From an uncultured Gammaproteobacteria bacterium (GTDB lineage: Bacteria; Pseudomonadota; Gammaproteobacteria; Steroidobacterales; Rariloculaceae): DNA of 64,000 nucleotides. Position numbers and translations under genes: made by a program. The stretch lies in NCBI GenBank assembly GCA_963805435.1, contig CAWDUG010000010.1:111176-175175 (forward strand), written 5' to 3'. The notes below the pieces were generated by a model. It was given only the letters and a program-made list of their open reading frames with translations, was not told the origin of the DNA and ran no database searches. Below are positions 41,836-52,795 of this stretch, piece after piece (the stretch's first letter is position 1; the number at the start of each line of letters is the position of its first letter).

Positions 41836-42861
41836 ATGCAACAGCCCTCTAGAAACGTGTGGGTTTTCGCGTTAGTGGTGCTCTTGTGTGTCGGCACCGC
41901 CTTGGGCTACACGTTGTATTCCGGCCGAGGGCTTCGGGAGGCCAGCAACAAGGTGCCAACCACTCGCCACGGATCGCTGACGCTCGACGACCAGACAGGC
42001 GCAGAGCCGTATTTGCTCGCGATCAATATGCGCGACTCTCCGAACCTCGGCAGCGTGGAATATGCTTCGCTGGCGCGAATAGACGACCGCGTGGCGACGA
42101 GCCTGCGCTGCGAGCGAATCCATTTTGCGGCAAGCCGTGGAATCTGTCTCAGCCGTAAGGCCAGCATGCTGAGCGCAGAGACCACAGCCACCATTGTCGA
42201 CGAACGTTTCGCGCCGTTGTTCCAAGTACGTGCCGACGGTATCCCGTCCAGGGCGCGCATCTCGCCCGACGGGCGTTATGCGGCTTTCACGGTATTCGTC
42301 ACCGGCCATTCCTACGGTGACACGCAGTTGTCGACCGCGACGCTCTTGATCGATCTTGTCGAGCGCGCAAGCATTGGCAATCTGGAGGAGTTCGTCGTGG
42401 AGCGGGACGGTCGGCCGATCACTTCGCCGAACGCGAACTATTGGGGTGTAACGTTCGAGCGGGACGGCAACTATTTTTACGCGACGCTGCGAACGGGCGA
42501 TATGGAGTACCTTGTTCGTGGCGATATCGGCGGCCGCCGTTTGACCGTGCTGCGCGCAGGCGTTGAGTGCCCGTCGCTGTCACCCGATGGTACGCGTATC
42601 GCGTTCAAGAAGCGCGTGTCTCGCAATGCTTGGCGCCTGTCCGTACTCGATATCGCGACGTTGAGCGATTATCCGCTCGCGGAGCTACGCAGCGTAGACG
42701 ATCAAGCCGAATGGCTCGATGACGAGCGGGTGTTGTATGCGATCCCCGATCCTGTGCCATGGATGACGGTCATGGCCGTGCGAGCTGACGGCGCAGGCTC
42801 ACCGTCGGTCTTCGCAAAAGGGGCTGCGTCGCCGGCGGTGGTGACGTCGTTCTCTCGCTAA
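41836..42861 (+). CDS. Membrane-anchored TolB-like beta-propeller protein
   Basis: N-terminal TM, CERIHF, PSRARISPDG, FVTGHSY, NYWGVTF, VECPSLSPDGTRIAFKKR, SVDDQAEWLDD. Confidence 0.75.
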   Translation: MQQPSRNVWVFALVVLLCVGTALGYTLYSGRGLREASNKVPTTRHGSLTLDDQTGAEPYLLAINMRDSPNLGSVEYASLARIDDRVATSLRCERIHFAASRGICLSRKASMLSAETTATIVDERFAPLFQVRADGIPSRARISPDGRYAAFTVFVTGHSYGDTQLSTATLLIDLVERASIGNLEEFVVERDGRPITSPNANYWGVTFERDGNYFYATLRTGDMEYLVRGDIGGRRLTVLRAGVECPSLSPDGTRIAFKKRVSRNAWRLSVLDIATLSDYPLAELRSVDDQAEWLDDERVLYAIPDPVPWMTVMAVRADGAGSPSVFAKGAASPAVVTSFSR

Positions 42862-43012
42862 CCGGAGGAACGTCCGGACACGCGGCCTGAACTCGTCGCG
42901 GGCCGTGCGTGCGCTGCATGCGCTGGGCACAACGGCCACTCGAGAGGAGCATCTTCGTTGCGGAAACGGCACGGTCTCGAGATCACACTGCCCAAATCGC
43001 GCGTGATGTTGC

Positions 43013-44218
43013 CTACTGGGCATTGAGGGCGGACGGCGGAGAAGGGCGCAACGCGTCTGTCCGCAACGGGTGCGGATAAGTGTAAGGCGTGTATCCGGGA
43101 CGCGGTGCCGCCATCACATAGTCACGGCCGCTCTGCATGAACTTACTTGCAGCCCCGCCACAGGTTCCCCACTCTTGGTCGGGCGTTACAGCATACCCTC
43201 CTGTGTTGTTCCAGATGTAGATAGGGTCCGTGAACTGGGACGATGCGCTGTAGTTTTGTCCAAGCTGGCGGATGCAAGGATAGGTAGTGCAACATCCGCC
43301 GGGGTACTGTCCACCTCCGTCAGAGGCGGCACGTACCGAAAGTTGAATTTCGGGCTTGTTTCCCCACATTACACCGTTCAAGTCCTGAATGTAGTTATTG
43401 AAAATGACGCCCGTGCCACCCCTGATCCAGATTTGCCAGTTCTGGTTGACACTCGGGTCTTGCTGGTTGAACTGATTGCCATAAATTTCAAAATGGCGAT
43501 TGCCGATGGGCGAGGTAGCAAAACCGTGGCTGTTCCAGCTTGAATTGTTGAATACGTTATATCGCACTACCGAGCGCGAAGAATCGTCGAAGTCCATCCC
43601 CTGATTTGTGCAATTGTTCCAAGTGTTGTCCTCGACGTAGAGGTTCTTATCGCCGTTGGTGTCGCGCGACCCGAGCGTGTCCACCGTTGTCCACGACAAC
43701 GTGTCCGCGTCGTTCTTGTGCTGCAGCACCGACTCATCCCACGTGCACGTGAACGTGTTCTTGAAAATCACTCCGTTATTGACTTCCCACCGGAAGAATT
43801 CACCGTTGTTGGTCACGCGCACATCGTTGTCGTGGAACAGCACTGGTTTGTTCGTCACCGACCCGTGCACGGTCCATGCCCGGGACGCCTGCGTACGGAG
43901 GAACCGGAACCCGCTTATCTCAATGGATACTGTCGCCACCGGCGAAAGAGTTCCCGACCCCGTCAGGGTGATAATGGACTGACTTGCACCGGCACCGCTC
44001 ACGTGGATGCCCTTAGAGATTGATAGCGAATTCCAGGTGCAGCTGCCGGAAGGCACTGTGACAAGGTCACCGTTGGCGGCTGAGTTGATGGCCGATTGCA
44101 CGTCCGTCTGCGAGCAGCTTGCGGCATTGCGCGTTGCCGCCATCGCAGCATGGCTCTGCGCGAACGCGGCGAACAGAACAACTGCGAACGAGAGGGATCT
44201 AGATACGATTGGGTTCAT
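43013..44218 (-). CDS. Secreted right-handed beta-helix (pectin-lyase-like) protein
   Basis: Signal peptide, SCSQTDVQSAINSAANGDLVTVPSG cap, Asn-ladder repeats (YVEDNTW, VVRYNVF, EIYGNQF, VIFNNYI), and a YTPYTYPHPL end. Confidence 0.7.
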   Translation of the reverse strand: MNPIVSRSLSFAVVLFAAFAQSHAAMAATRNAASCSQTDVQSAINSAANGDLVTVPSGSCTWNSLSISKGIHVSGAGASQSIITLTGSGTLSPVATVSIEISGFRFLRTQASRAWTVHGSVTNKPVLFHDNDVRVTNNGEFFRWEVNNGVIFKNTFTCTWDESVLQHKNDADTLSWTTVDTLGSRDTNGDKNLYVEDNTWNNCTNQGMDFDDSSRSVVRYNVFNNSSWNSHGFATSPIGNRHFEIYGNQFNQQDPSVNQNWQIWIRGGTGVIFNNYIQDLNGVMWGNKPEIQLSVRAASDGGGQYPGGCCTTYPCIRQLGQNYSASSQFTDPIYIWNNTGGYAVTPDQEWGTCGGAASKFMQSGRDYVMAAPRPGYTPYTYPHPLRTDALRPSPPSALNAQ

Positions 44219-44804
44219 GGATGAAATTCTCCGCGGGTTGACCAACAGCTTGCTACTGCAACGACTGCAGCATGAGTCGAGCCCGTACCGGTCAAAGTTT
44301 CGATAAGCGTGACGGGCTGCAGATGCGCGACACGGCGTGTGTTTGTCATGAAATGTTCTTTAGAAAGACCTGCATCTATTCGGGCGAAATATTCCTAACA
44401 TTCACCCCGATAGATTCGTTATGGGATTAATTGCTGTCGTGGCACGCTCGCGGCAGCGCTCCGAACTGCTGTCCTCGCTCGCAACAGTCTCACAAATGTA
44501 GGCGTTCATCTTCTGGGGTCATCAAAGTCCGGCTACGCCATTTAACGACTTAGGTTGATGGGTGTCCAGATGCTGAGCTGTCCGCATTTTGCGACAGCGT
44601 GACTCGCTTCGTGAGCTGCGTCACAACTAGTACAAATGTCACCGTGACTGGATCGGTGTGAGAGTGAGCTGAGTGGCAAGTCGCAGTTGAAGCTCACGGT
44701 AAGGGCGCGTAGGGTCTCTTATCGAGAAGGATCACTCAATATGGGATCGATGGCATTCGTTGGTAACGCACTTGTCATCGCTTCACAAAACGGAGGTCGG
44801 AGAA

Positions 44805-45776
44805 ATGGAGAAGCGCTGCTTACACCTCGGATACGTTGGCTTGCTGTTCGGCGCGTTTACTAGTCTCGGCGCGTATTCTGCGGCCCCGCCTCCGCTGCCG
44901 GAAGGCAATAGTGGCGTTGCTGCGTCGTATCCTAACGACAGTGGGATTGCCGCCGACGCGCGCGTCCTATTTGCAGATGGGTTCGAAAGCTATACATCGG
45001 CGACTCAGCTGACAAGTTCAGGTCACTACGACAACTACTACCAAGGCTCGAACATCGCATTCGATACATCGACATTCTTCGGTGGGGCGAAAGCGCTAAG
45101 GCTCAGAATGCCGACCAGCGGTAGCGAGGTGTCGAATGCGATCGTCAAGAACATCGCGCCGACTCGAGATCTGCTGTTCATGCGTGTCTACGCGCGTTAC
45201 CAGCCTAACTATGCGGGAATCAATTCTGCGCATAACGGATTGCGAATCACGGGAAACTACACCGGACCAGGCAGCAGACCCAACGGCACAGACTTCTTTC
45301 TTGTGAACATCGAAAACTCGAAGTGGGGTTCCGAAGCGGAGCCGGGGTACACACACGCGTATGTCTATCATCCGGAGCAGGATGACGTGTATGGAGAGCA
45401 TTGGTTCTCTGACGGATCGACAAGCAATGGGTCCCAGTCTTTCGGACAATTCTTCGTCGCTCGGCCGAAAGTGATTCCGGCGAGAGGCGTATGGATCTGC
45501 TATGAGATGCTGGTTCAGATGAATACGCCAGGGAGCAGAGATGGTCGCGTAGCGGTCTGGCAGGACGGAATGCTTATCGCCGATTGGCAGGACGTGCGTT
45601 TCAGGGATGTGAGTACGGTAAAGATCGATCAGATACAGCTAGAAAACGGCGGGCAGGGATCGACGCAACAAAATGATAAGTGGTATGACAACCTGGTAAT
45701 CGCCACTTCGTACATTGGGCCGATGTCTACCGGGGTCGTTCCCAACGCGCCAACTAACCTTCAAATCAATCCGTGA
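44805..45776 (+). CDS. Secreted concanavalin/polysaccharide-lyase-like jelly-roll protein
   Basis: Signal peptide, VLFADGFESY, LFMRVYARY, GVWICYEMLVQMNTPG..DG...W.DG, WYDNLVIATSYIGP. GGAGG/GGAG RBS-like sequence upstream. Confidence 0.65.
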   Translation: MEKRCLHLGYVGLLFGAFTSLGAYSAAPPPLPEGNSGVAASYPNDSGIAADARVLFADGFESYTSATQLTSSGHYDNYYQGSNIAFDTSTFFGGAKALRLRMPTSGSEVSNAIVKNIAPTRDLLFMRVYARYQPNYAGINSAHNGLRITGNYTGPGSRPNGTDFFLVNIENSKWGSEAEPGYTHAYVYHPEQDDVYGEHWFSDGSTSNGSQSFGQFFVARPKVIPARGVWICYEMLVQMNTPGSRDGRVAVWQDGMLIADWQDVRFRDVSTVKIDQIQLENGGQGSTQQNDKWYDNLVIATSYIGPMSTGVVPNAPTNLQINP

Positions 45777-45861
45777 CAGCGGCGCAGGCGCTCTCCCGGT
45801 CGAACGACGCTCGCTTCAAGAGTTGGTGTAGGGATCCGCAGACGTGTCGTTCCGCGGGTTG

Positions 45862-47306
45862 TCAGTTGAAACTTGCGTAGGCACTCGCTCGTTCCCGCCA
45901 GTATGCATTGATCGTTCTCCCATCCGTGGCAACGCCGTTTGTGAGCCCTATTTCCCTCACCATATCCCAAAACAGTTGGCCATCTCCTGGATCCCGTGCG
46001 CCGCCAAAGACAATGGGATGCCAGACAACCGAGACACACCCGCGCTTGTGTCTTAGCGCGCTGAGTTCGGACTCGATGACGCGCCACGCCTTAGGACCCT
46101 TCAATCTGAGATAGCTACGAAGCGTCACATCCATGACAAACAAACTAATCTCCAATACGCGATAGGGGCGATCCTCATCCAGGCAGTATGGGAAGTAGGG
46201 ATATGAGAAACCCGCCCGCGCGCCCGTTTGATCGGGATATCCCAGGGACATGTCGTACTGAATCCCAGCTCGTTCCTGCGCCTTGAATAGCGAGTCGTAA
46301 TTGAACGAAAGGAAGTGTTGACGCGACCCCACCGGTCTAGATAAACAGCGCGTCAAAAGGGCCGCCTCGTCTACGTACCAGTCCCCGTTCTCTGTGGAGA
46401 GGTAACTCCCATGCAAACAAATCTCAAACCCTTCCTCGAGTATCGTGCCGAGATAGGCACGTATACGAGTGTCTTCTACGTAGTAGTTCACGTCATTCGG
46501 GTGGCGGTGCCCGACCGCGACCTGAAATGAAGCGCGAACCCCAAGCTCTTGTTCACGTTTAATGATATCCGGTACGCACCCGTAGGGATCCCGTCCGCTC
46601 AGAACGGCTTTGGCGAGACCCGTAGCGGCGCGCAGGGCATCGGCCGGATCGCGCTGACGCCACAGATGACGTAGAACGGTCTTCGCACCCTGTAAGACGA
46701 TGTCGACAAAACCAGCTGGCAGAAAATCAACGTCATGAGAAAGTAGCACGGCGTAGCTCGCACCAGTCGGCCACTCCCGCGGCCGCCACGGCGCCGCTTT
46801 TAGTCGTCCACACAACGCATCTAGACCGGCAACGATGCGTTCTAGATACCGATCTACGACGTCTTGTGCTATTCCGAGTCGGAGGAAGACACTGTCACTA
46901 TATAGGCCCCGTTTCGGGGAGCTGTCCACCCATTCGCTCGGACCAAGATGACAGGAAGTAGAAGGCGTTCGCTACGATGTCGAAACGGACATCCCACTGG
47001 CCTTCGGTAACCTGAGAGTTGGGCAGGACTACCACTAGGCCGCCCGGACGTCTCCGACCCATCGACGTCGGTTCGCCCCCTAAATAGATCCCACGCCGAG
47101 GCAACATGCGGCAGGGACACGCAGCGCTCTTGCCCGATTAGTCCGGCTAAGCTCTCACCATAAAACAGCCACGGCCCCTCAGCGGGAGGATGTCGCCCGT
47201 AAACGACTGGTATCCCCCACGCGCACGTCGGTGTGTCGAGCGCATAACGCGCTCTGGGTGCGAATTCTTCAGCGCAGCGCAGTACGATTTGAAGTGGTGC
47301 GTCCAT
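45862..47306 (-). CDS. Polysaccharide deacetylase-like protein (NodB-type C-terminal domain), frameshifted
   Basis: LSHDVD, FEICLHGSY, GSRQHFL, YDMSLGY, MDVTL, VVWHP. N-terminal parts (FDIVANAFYFLS) lie in other frames. Confidence 0.75.
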
Positions 47307-48711
47307 GCGCCCCGTCAGCCAGCCCTTTGCGCCTCACCAGCGAGGAAACTGCATTTCCACCGAAAGCCCGTATCACCGAGCCGCTCTGCTCCCCGAGCTG
47401 CTTCGCGCTCGGATACTCCATCGCCACTATATAGAATAGGGTCCATATGAGATGCACCCCCTTGAAACCAGCCTCCGTGTAGTTGAACGCGAGAATCGCG
47501 AACAAGAATGCGAGCTTCAATCGCGCAAACTCGACGTCTGAGCTCACCAACTGACGAGCGATCTTCCGGAAGACAGACACAATAACACCCAAGAGCAGGA
47601 CAACCCCCAACACTCCCAAGTTCAGGTACGTCTCCAGATAACCGTTGTGAGCCTGCGGCTTCGGGAGCCACCACCACTTGGCCCACAGCGTGTCGAGTCT
47701 CCTTCCGAGCCAGAAGCTCTCGAATCCCGCGCCGACTATCACGTTTGGTTGCAGCGCGATTGCATCAGCCCAAACCTCGGGTACGATCCGTGAGACTGGG
47801 ATTCGCCGACATCGCCCACCACATGGCTATAGACGTCAAACGTAGCCTGCGCTATGACTGCCAGCACGAGACCGATGAGTATCGTCGTTCCGATATAGCG
47901 CTTATCGACGACGCGCAGTCCGAGAATCAGCACCATGGCCATACCGAGCAACATCGTGACGAGGGACGTTGCACTGGCAGATCGCAACAAGAGCCAGCAA
48001 ATCAATCCAAAGAAAGCCATGCCCATTAGGTTTTCGGAGCCCCGCTTACTCGGCGGTTCGAGGCGACTTGCAGTCAGCACACTCCAAAAAAAGAACACGC
48101 CAAACACCATACAAACGTACCCGAGATCGTTCTTCGTCAACCCAACCCCACGATCGTATGCGGCTCCCGTATACAGGTCGAAACCGCGACCGTACTCAGG
48201 AAGGTACTTGATGAACAAGATCGAGAACGGCACCAGTACGTACGCGCAGCGCTTCAGCACTGTGCGGCACGCACGCACCGGATCGGTGTCGGTGAGGATA
48301 ATGAGCGCTATCACCGGATGCCCAAGCGTCTTCACCCATCTCTTGAACGCGATAAACGGAAAGTCCGACCACAGAATGGACAGCAACCCGAAAAGGCAAA
48401 AAGCGAACAGCCACGGATTGCGGCGGATTACTCTACTAATGCCACCTTGCGTCGCGCGAGAACGACGACTCCCGCGAGATTAGGGTCAAGAAAACGATAG
48501 CATCTATCGCACTGCCGTCGGTGTAGTTCACCGGCAATGTCTGCCCCAGAGTAATCCACTGGGAAACGAACCGCGAACCCGTGATCGTTAGCCATAGGAC
48601 GGGGATCCACAGCGCTGCTACTCGCCTAAACTGTCTACGAACATCCACGAACATGAGTGTCGTGACGAACAAAACCTGGGGCAGAAGGACGGGACCCAAG
48701 TGAACAGGCAT
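47269..48711 (-). CDS. O-antigen ligase/Wzy polymerase-like membrane protein, frameshifted
   Basis: Multi-TM fragments: SILWSDFPFIAFKRW, KNDLG, SASATS, GAGFESFW, QAHNGYLETYLNLG. Confidence 0.8.
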
Positions 48712-48725
48712 TCGACTAATTCTCC

Positions 48726-49989
48726 TCAGCAAAGAGGCAGCACGTTTCTGATATGCCACGCGTGCAATTTGGCAACGCGATTCCACGAGTAGCGTTCGTT
48801 CGCGTAGCGCATGATCGTGGCGCGCCGCTCATGCAGATTCTTCCAGAGGTCGCTTGCGAAGTACGACGTGATTGCGTCGTACAGCGCATCGGAATCGTGT
48901 CCCCGGCGCGACAAAGCCCGTCTCTCCTTCGACGACATCTTCCCTTAGCGACCCGACGTCCGTCGCTACTACGGGTAGACCGAAGCTATAGGACAGAAAA
49001 GGCACGCCACTCTGAAATATCTCCGTATAAGGGAGCACTAGCACATCCGCGGCTTTGAAATACACTTCTACGCTCGTGTCCGCTATGTGTTCGATGTGTC
49101 CGGATAACGCCCCCGTTTATCGTAGACAGTGCTGCCTCGATTCGATTCCAGTAGCCCTCAGCCCCTTTCTTCACTTTTCCAGCAATCAACAGGACGAACT
49201 CCGGATCCGTGGCTAACCGCTTAGCCGCGGCCGCGACAAGAGATTCCAGTCCTTTATACGGAGCGATCTGCCCGAAAAACAGCGCGACTCTGTTCGATTG
49301 TGACAAACCAAGTCGCTGTCGCGCCTCCGTCGAAGTGAGGGCGGTGTTGGGGAGTGTATTGTTGATACCGAACGGTATCACGCCGACTTATCGCCCGAAA
49401 CGGAGAAGCTCGCGCACAGCTCTGCCTTCATTTTCTCCGTGTGCACGAATATATGATCCGACAGCCGATACTGGATCGTGAGTGAAAAGCGGTTCAACCA
49501 GTTGTCGCGTCCGTCGCGAGCCGCGGCGTTGACGTTGTGAGCAGTAAATACGATCCGGCGACCACACAACCGGTAATAGGCCATGAGCAAAGTTCGATCG
49601 AAAATCTCGAACTTGTTGTTCCAAAGGATGTGGAACAAACGCGGTCGCGCCCTTACCGAGTAGAGCATCAGACGCGCGTAGTAGCGGGACAGGCGCATGA
49701 CTTTTTCGAACGCCCCCGCACTCTCGGTTTGATCCCCGCGCAAGTTCAGGAATCGAATTAATGGGTTAGTACGAAACTCCGGGGCATCAAGCTTATCGCT
49801 GCCGATGAACTCCACGCAGATTCCACTGCCCGCAAGTGCAGTCGCCAGACCCAGAGCATACGAGCGGTCGTCCCCACCCGTTAGCAGGGCCACAGTGAAA
49901 TCGGCAGTAGGCGCGCGCGCGCCGTCGCCAGCGACAGCGCCCTCCAAACGGGGTATAGCTCGTGGACGTCGGCCTAACGCGAGTGTCAT
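48726..49989 (-). CDS. GT4 family glycosyltransferase, multiple frameshifts
   Basis: LLTGGDDRSY, FTAHNVN, FFGQIAPYKGLE, ADVLVLPY..IFQSGV, GLPVVATDVGSL, YSW. Confidence 0.8.
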
Positions 49990-50889
49990 CTGGTCCCGCT
50001 CGACCTATCGCCTTGTGCGAGGCGATGAAGGATAGCACTCGCGACCTGCTTGAGCGTGATCACCGTTGTCGCTCTAGGATCGAGCTCGCGACTATAGAAG
50101 TGTTCGCCCAGAAGTGGCGACACAAGCTTGGTCATCAACCCGTAGTCGTAGATTTCCCAGGGGCTTGTGCAATTGAAAATTGTGACGCACTGAACTCCTG
50201 CAGCTAACGCCAGATGCATTGGCAAGCTGTCACCGCCTACCACGCATCGGTGCTGACTGACGTCACCGAAATGCTCGAGAAGGGACGCCCTACGGGGCAA
50301 CACGTTCACTACAAGCCCTTCTGCACAAGCGCCGTCTTCAGTTCCCCGTAGTGCGCCCAGTTCTTCATTGGCCAGACCGGCCCCGCGACGGCGCGATGGC
50401 GACATCGCCGGAAAGATCGGTCCGGCTAGGCATTGGCAACAGATTATTTTTCTCCCGAAAAACGCCAACCCAGACCCGCGTATATCAATTCCTGGTACGA
50501 GGCACGGTTCTCATATTTCAACGCGTCCGCCTTTCGTCGCCCATATGTGCTAATCAGACTCAGGTCGAACCACCGCTTCGCATTCCCGTGTAAGCCATGC
50601 CGCCATCAGGAGTCATGTACGCACCGAACAATTGACGATGCTGTACACGACGCGCGAAGTCAGCAACGGCAGCGTCGTCTTCTAGATTGATAAGAAGATC
50701 GTAGTGGTCGTCCGTTACGGACGCGCGATCGTCCCAGGCGACGCAGTGCACGTCTCGGTCGAGACCCTTCAGTAGCACCGTATTCGTGGACGCGGTTACC
50801 CACGTGATACTGCCCGCGAGGTGATGGAGCAGGGTTGTCGTTCGAACCACATCTCCTGTCGCGTTCAGCTTGAGAATAAGCGTCTTCAC
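49986..50889 (-). CDS. GT9 (ADP-heptose heptosyltransferase-like) glycosyltransferase, frameshifted
   Basis: LILKLNATGDVVRTT, ITWVT, YDLLINLE, and a C-terminal GDSLPMHLALA...TIF (GT9 DS..MHLA motif). Confidence 0.75.
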
Positions 50890-52717
50890 CTGCCAACCTC
50901 CTTCTGAGGGGGATTCGCGTCAAAGACCCGACTCCAACCGCCCACAAGCATGCGATCCACTGCTTCCAGACTCAGTACGGAACTGATCTCCTGAACGTAG
51001 TTGCGACGGCCTCGTCGGTGTTCTTGCGCAACGGTGTCCAGAAATGGTCTGTTCCAATACGGCTGCGCTCGGACTCTTGCGCTGCCCAGTACATCGGCGA
51101 CGTATTCAGCAAGTTCGCCGCGAAACCAGTTGCGATACGGCAAAAACTTGTGCAAACCCAGCAAACCCGTCTTCGACAGTGCGCCAAACAATGGAGCAAA
51201 CGGTGCACCGATGCCAGACAGCCCTTCCTTGTCTAAGTAGTCGAGCTTGAACGTGACTTCACAAAACACTCGTCGCGCGGCCGTAGCGAGCGATGACGCT
51301 CCGAGACTAATCCCCCGATCGGTTGGAATGCGCGCGAGCTCAGGATTGCAGGCCGCAATCAGCCGCAGGGCGGCATTCGGTGAGGTCCGCGCCGCCAGCG
51401 GCGCCCGATAGGCGAGTTTTACAATTGTATTGTCGAGATACGGAGTCCGAAACACTACCATCGAGCGCCCCGCCGCCAGGGATCCGAACAGATGTAGAGG
51501 AACCTCACGAAACGCCGCCTGCGTCAGAGGATGTGGCTCGACATCGCGAACCAGAGCGCGATCTAGCAAAGGGCGAAACACGGGCTCGATTAGCTCCGAT
51601 GCAAATTGTCTGGGCTTGAGCGTCGACATGCTACGGAGGATTTCGCTACCGAAGTTTCCCGTCAGCCGAATCGGCGCCAGCGTCCTCCCGAGAGCGGTTA
51701 GGAAGATCTCATGAGCAGTCAAAGCACCCGCACAGCCGTCGGTCACGAAAACTGTACGATCCACGTAGGTGTCGAAGCTTTTCGTGAACTCTCCGCTCAA
51801 GCGCAACGTATGATGATTCAGCCCAATCGTCTGCGCGACGCGCCTTCCCACGCGAACGTCGAGCGTCTCTCCTGTAGCGCCCGCAAACGTATAACAAACG
51901 GGTCTTGGCCCTTCCGAAGGAAGACACGACACGACCATTCGCGTATCTAGGCCACCCGTGATCGACACGCCGACGGGCTGTACGGCTTGTGCGTACACGG
52001 GAAGCACGGACCGCGCAGCGTCTACAAACTGCGCCTCGAATTCTGGCTCGCCCAAGGCGGTTAGTTCTTCCCACCTCTCGGCTGGAAATATAGCTTCTTG
52101 ACGAGCGGCCGATCGCGCTCCATGAACCACACGGAGCCGCCCGGCACGAGCCGTATATCGCGGAACAGACTACGCCCGTCGCAGATAGAACCGTAGGCGA
52201 GGTATTGGGCGACGCCCTGCTCGTCCAGATGTCTAGTCGCTGGGATTGTCGCAAGCAGCGCTTTGGCCTCGCTTGCGAAGCAGACAGCGTTCACATGCTT
52301 AGAAAAATAGAGCCTTTCTGCCGCGTAACGATCATTAAAGACGAGAGCGCTCTTGCGCCTTCGATCGATGAGGACGCCGCTGAACAGCCCGTTCAACTCT
52401 GAAACAAAGCCCTCGCCTCGCGCGGCATACTTCGCTACGACATCCACTTCCGCGCCAACGACTCCGCGGTCACTCGCGCCAGGAAAACATTCCCCCGAAA
52501 GCGCCAGCGATATCTCACTATCTCCAGTAGACTCTGATTGGCGCGATGCGTAGGAGCCCTCGTGTGCCACCCAACCCACGTATATGCCGAGATCAGAATC
52601 GAAGTGCACGCCCGAGACATAGTCTGGCCTATGCATCATGGTCCCGATCATGGTTCTGATCAGATCCAGATACTCGTCTGGTGGCCCGCGGCCGATGATT
52701 CCCACAATTCCGGGCAT
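50886..52717 (-). CDS. Asparagine synthetase-like protein lacking the catalytic Cys1 (frameshift near 52090)
   Basis: Starts MPGIVGII; LNGLF, FNDRY, FASEAKALL; synthetase half SITGGLDTR, TGNFGSE, RTPYLDN. Confidence 0.8.
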
Positions 52718-52795
52718 GCTAAAGAGTGAACTGCTCGTGGGCTGTGCGGAGCTGGCAGCACGGGGATCCACGGCCGCGCCGCGGCGATCCCTCTG

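Noticed and set aside
45862-52717. Mass pseudogenisation or programmed frameshifting of EPS genes
   Set aside because: Indels also hit essential gltX, conserved motifs remain intact, and no consistent slippery sites are visible; assembly error is more parsimonious.
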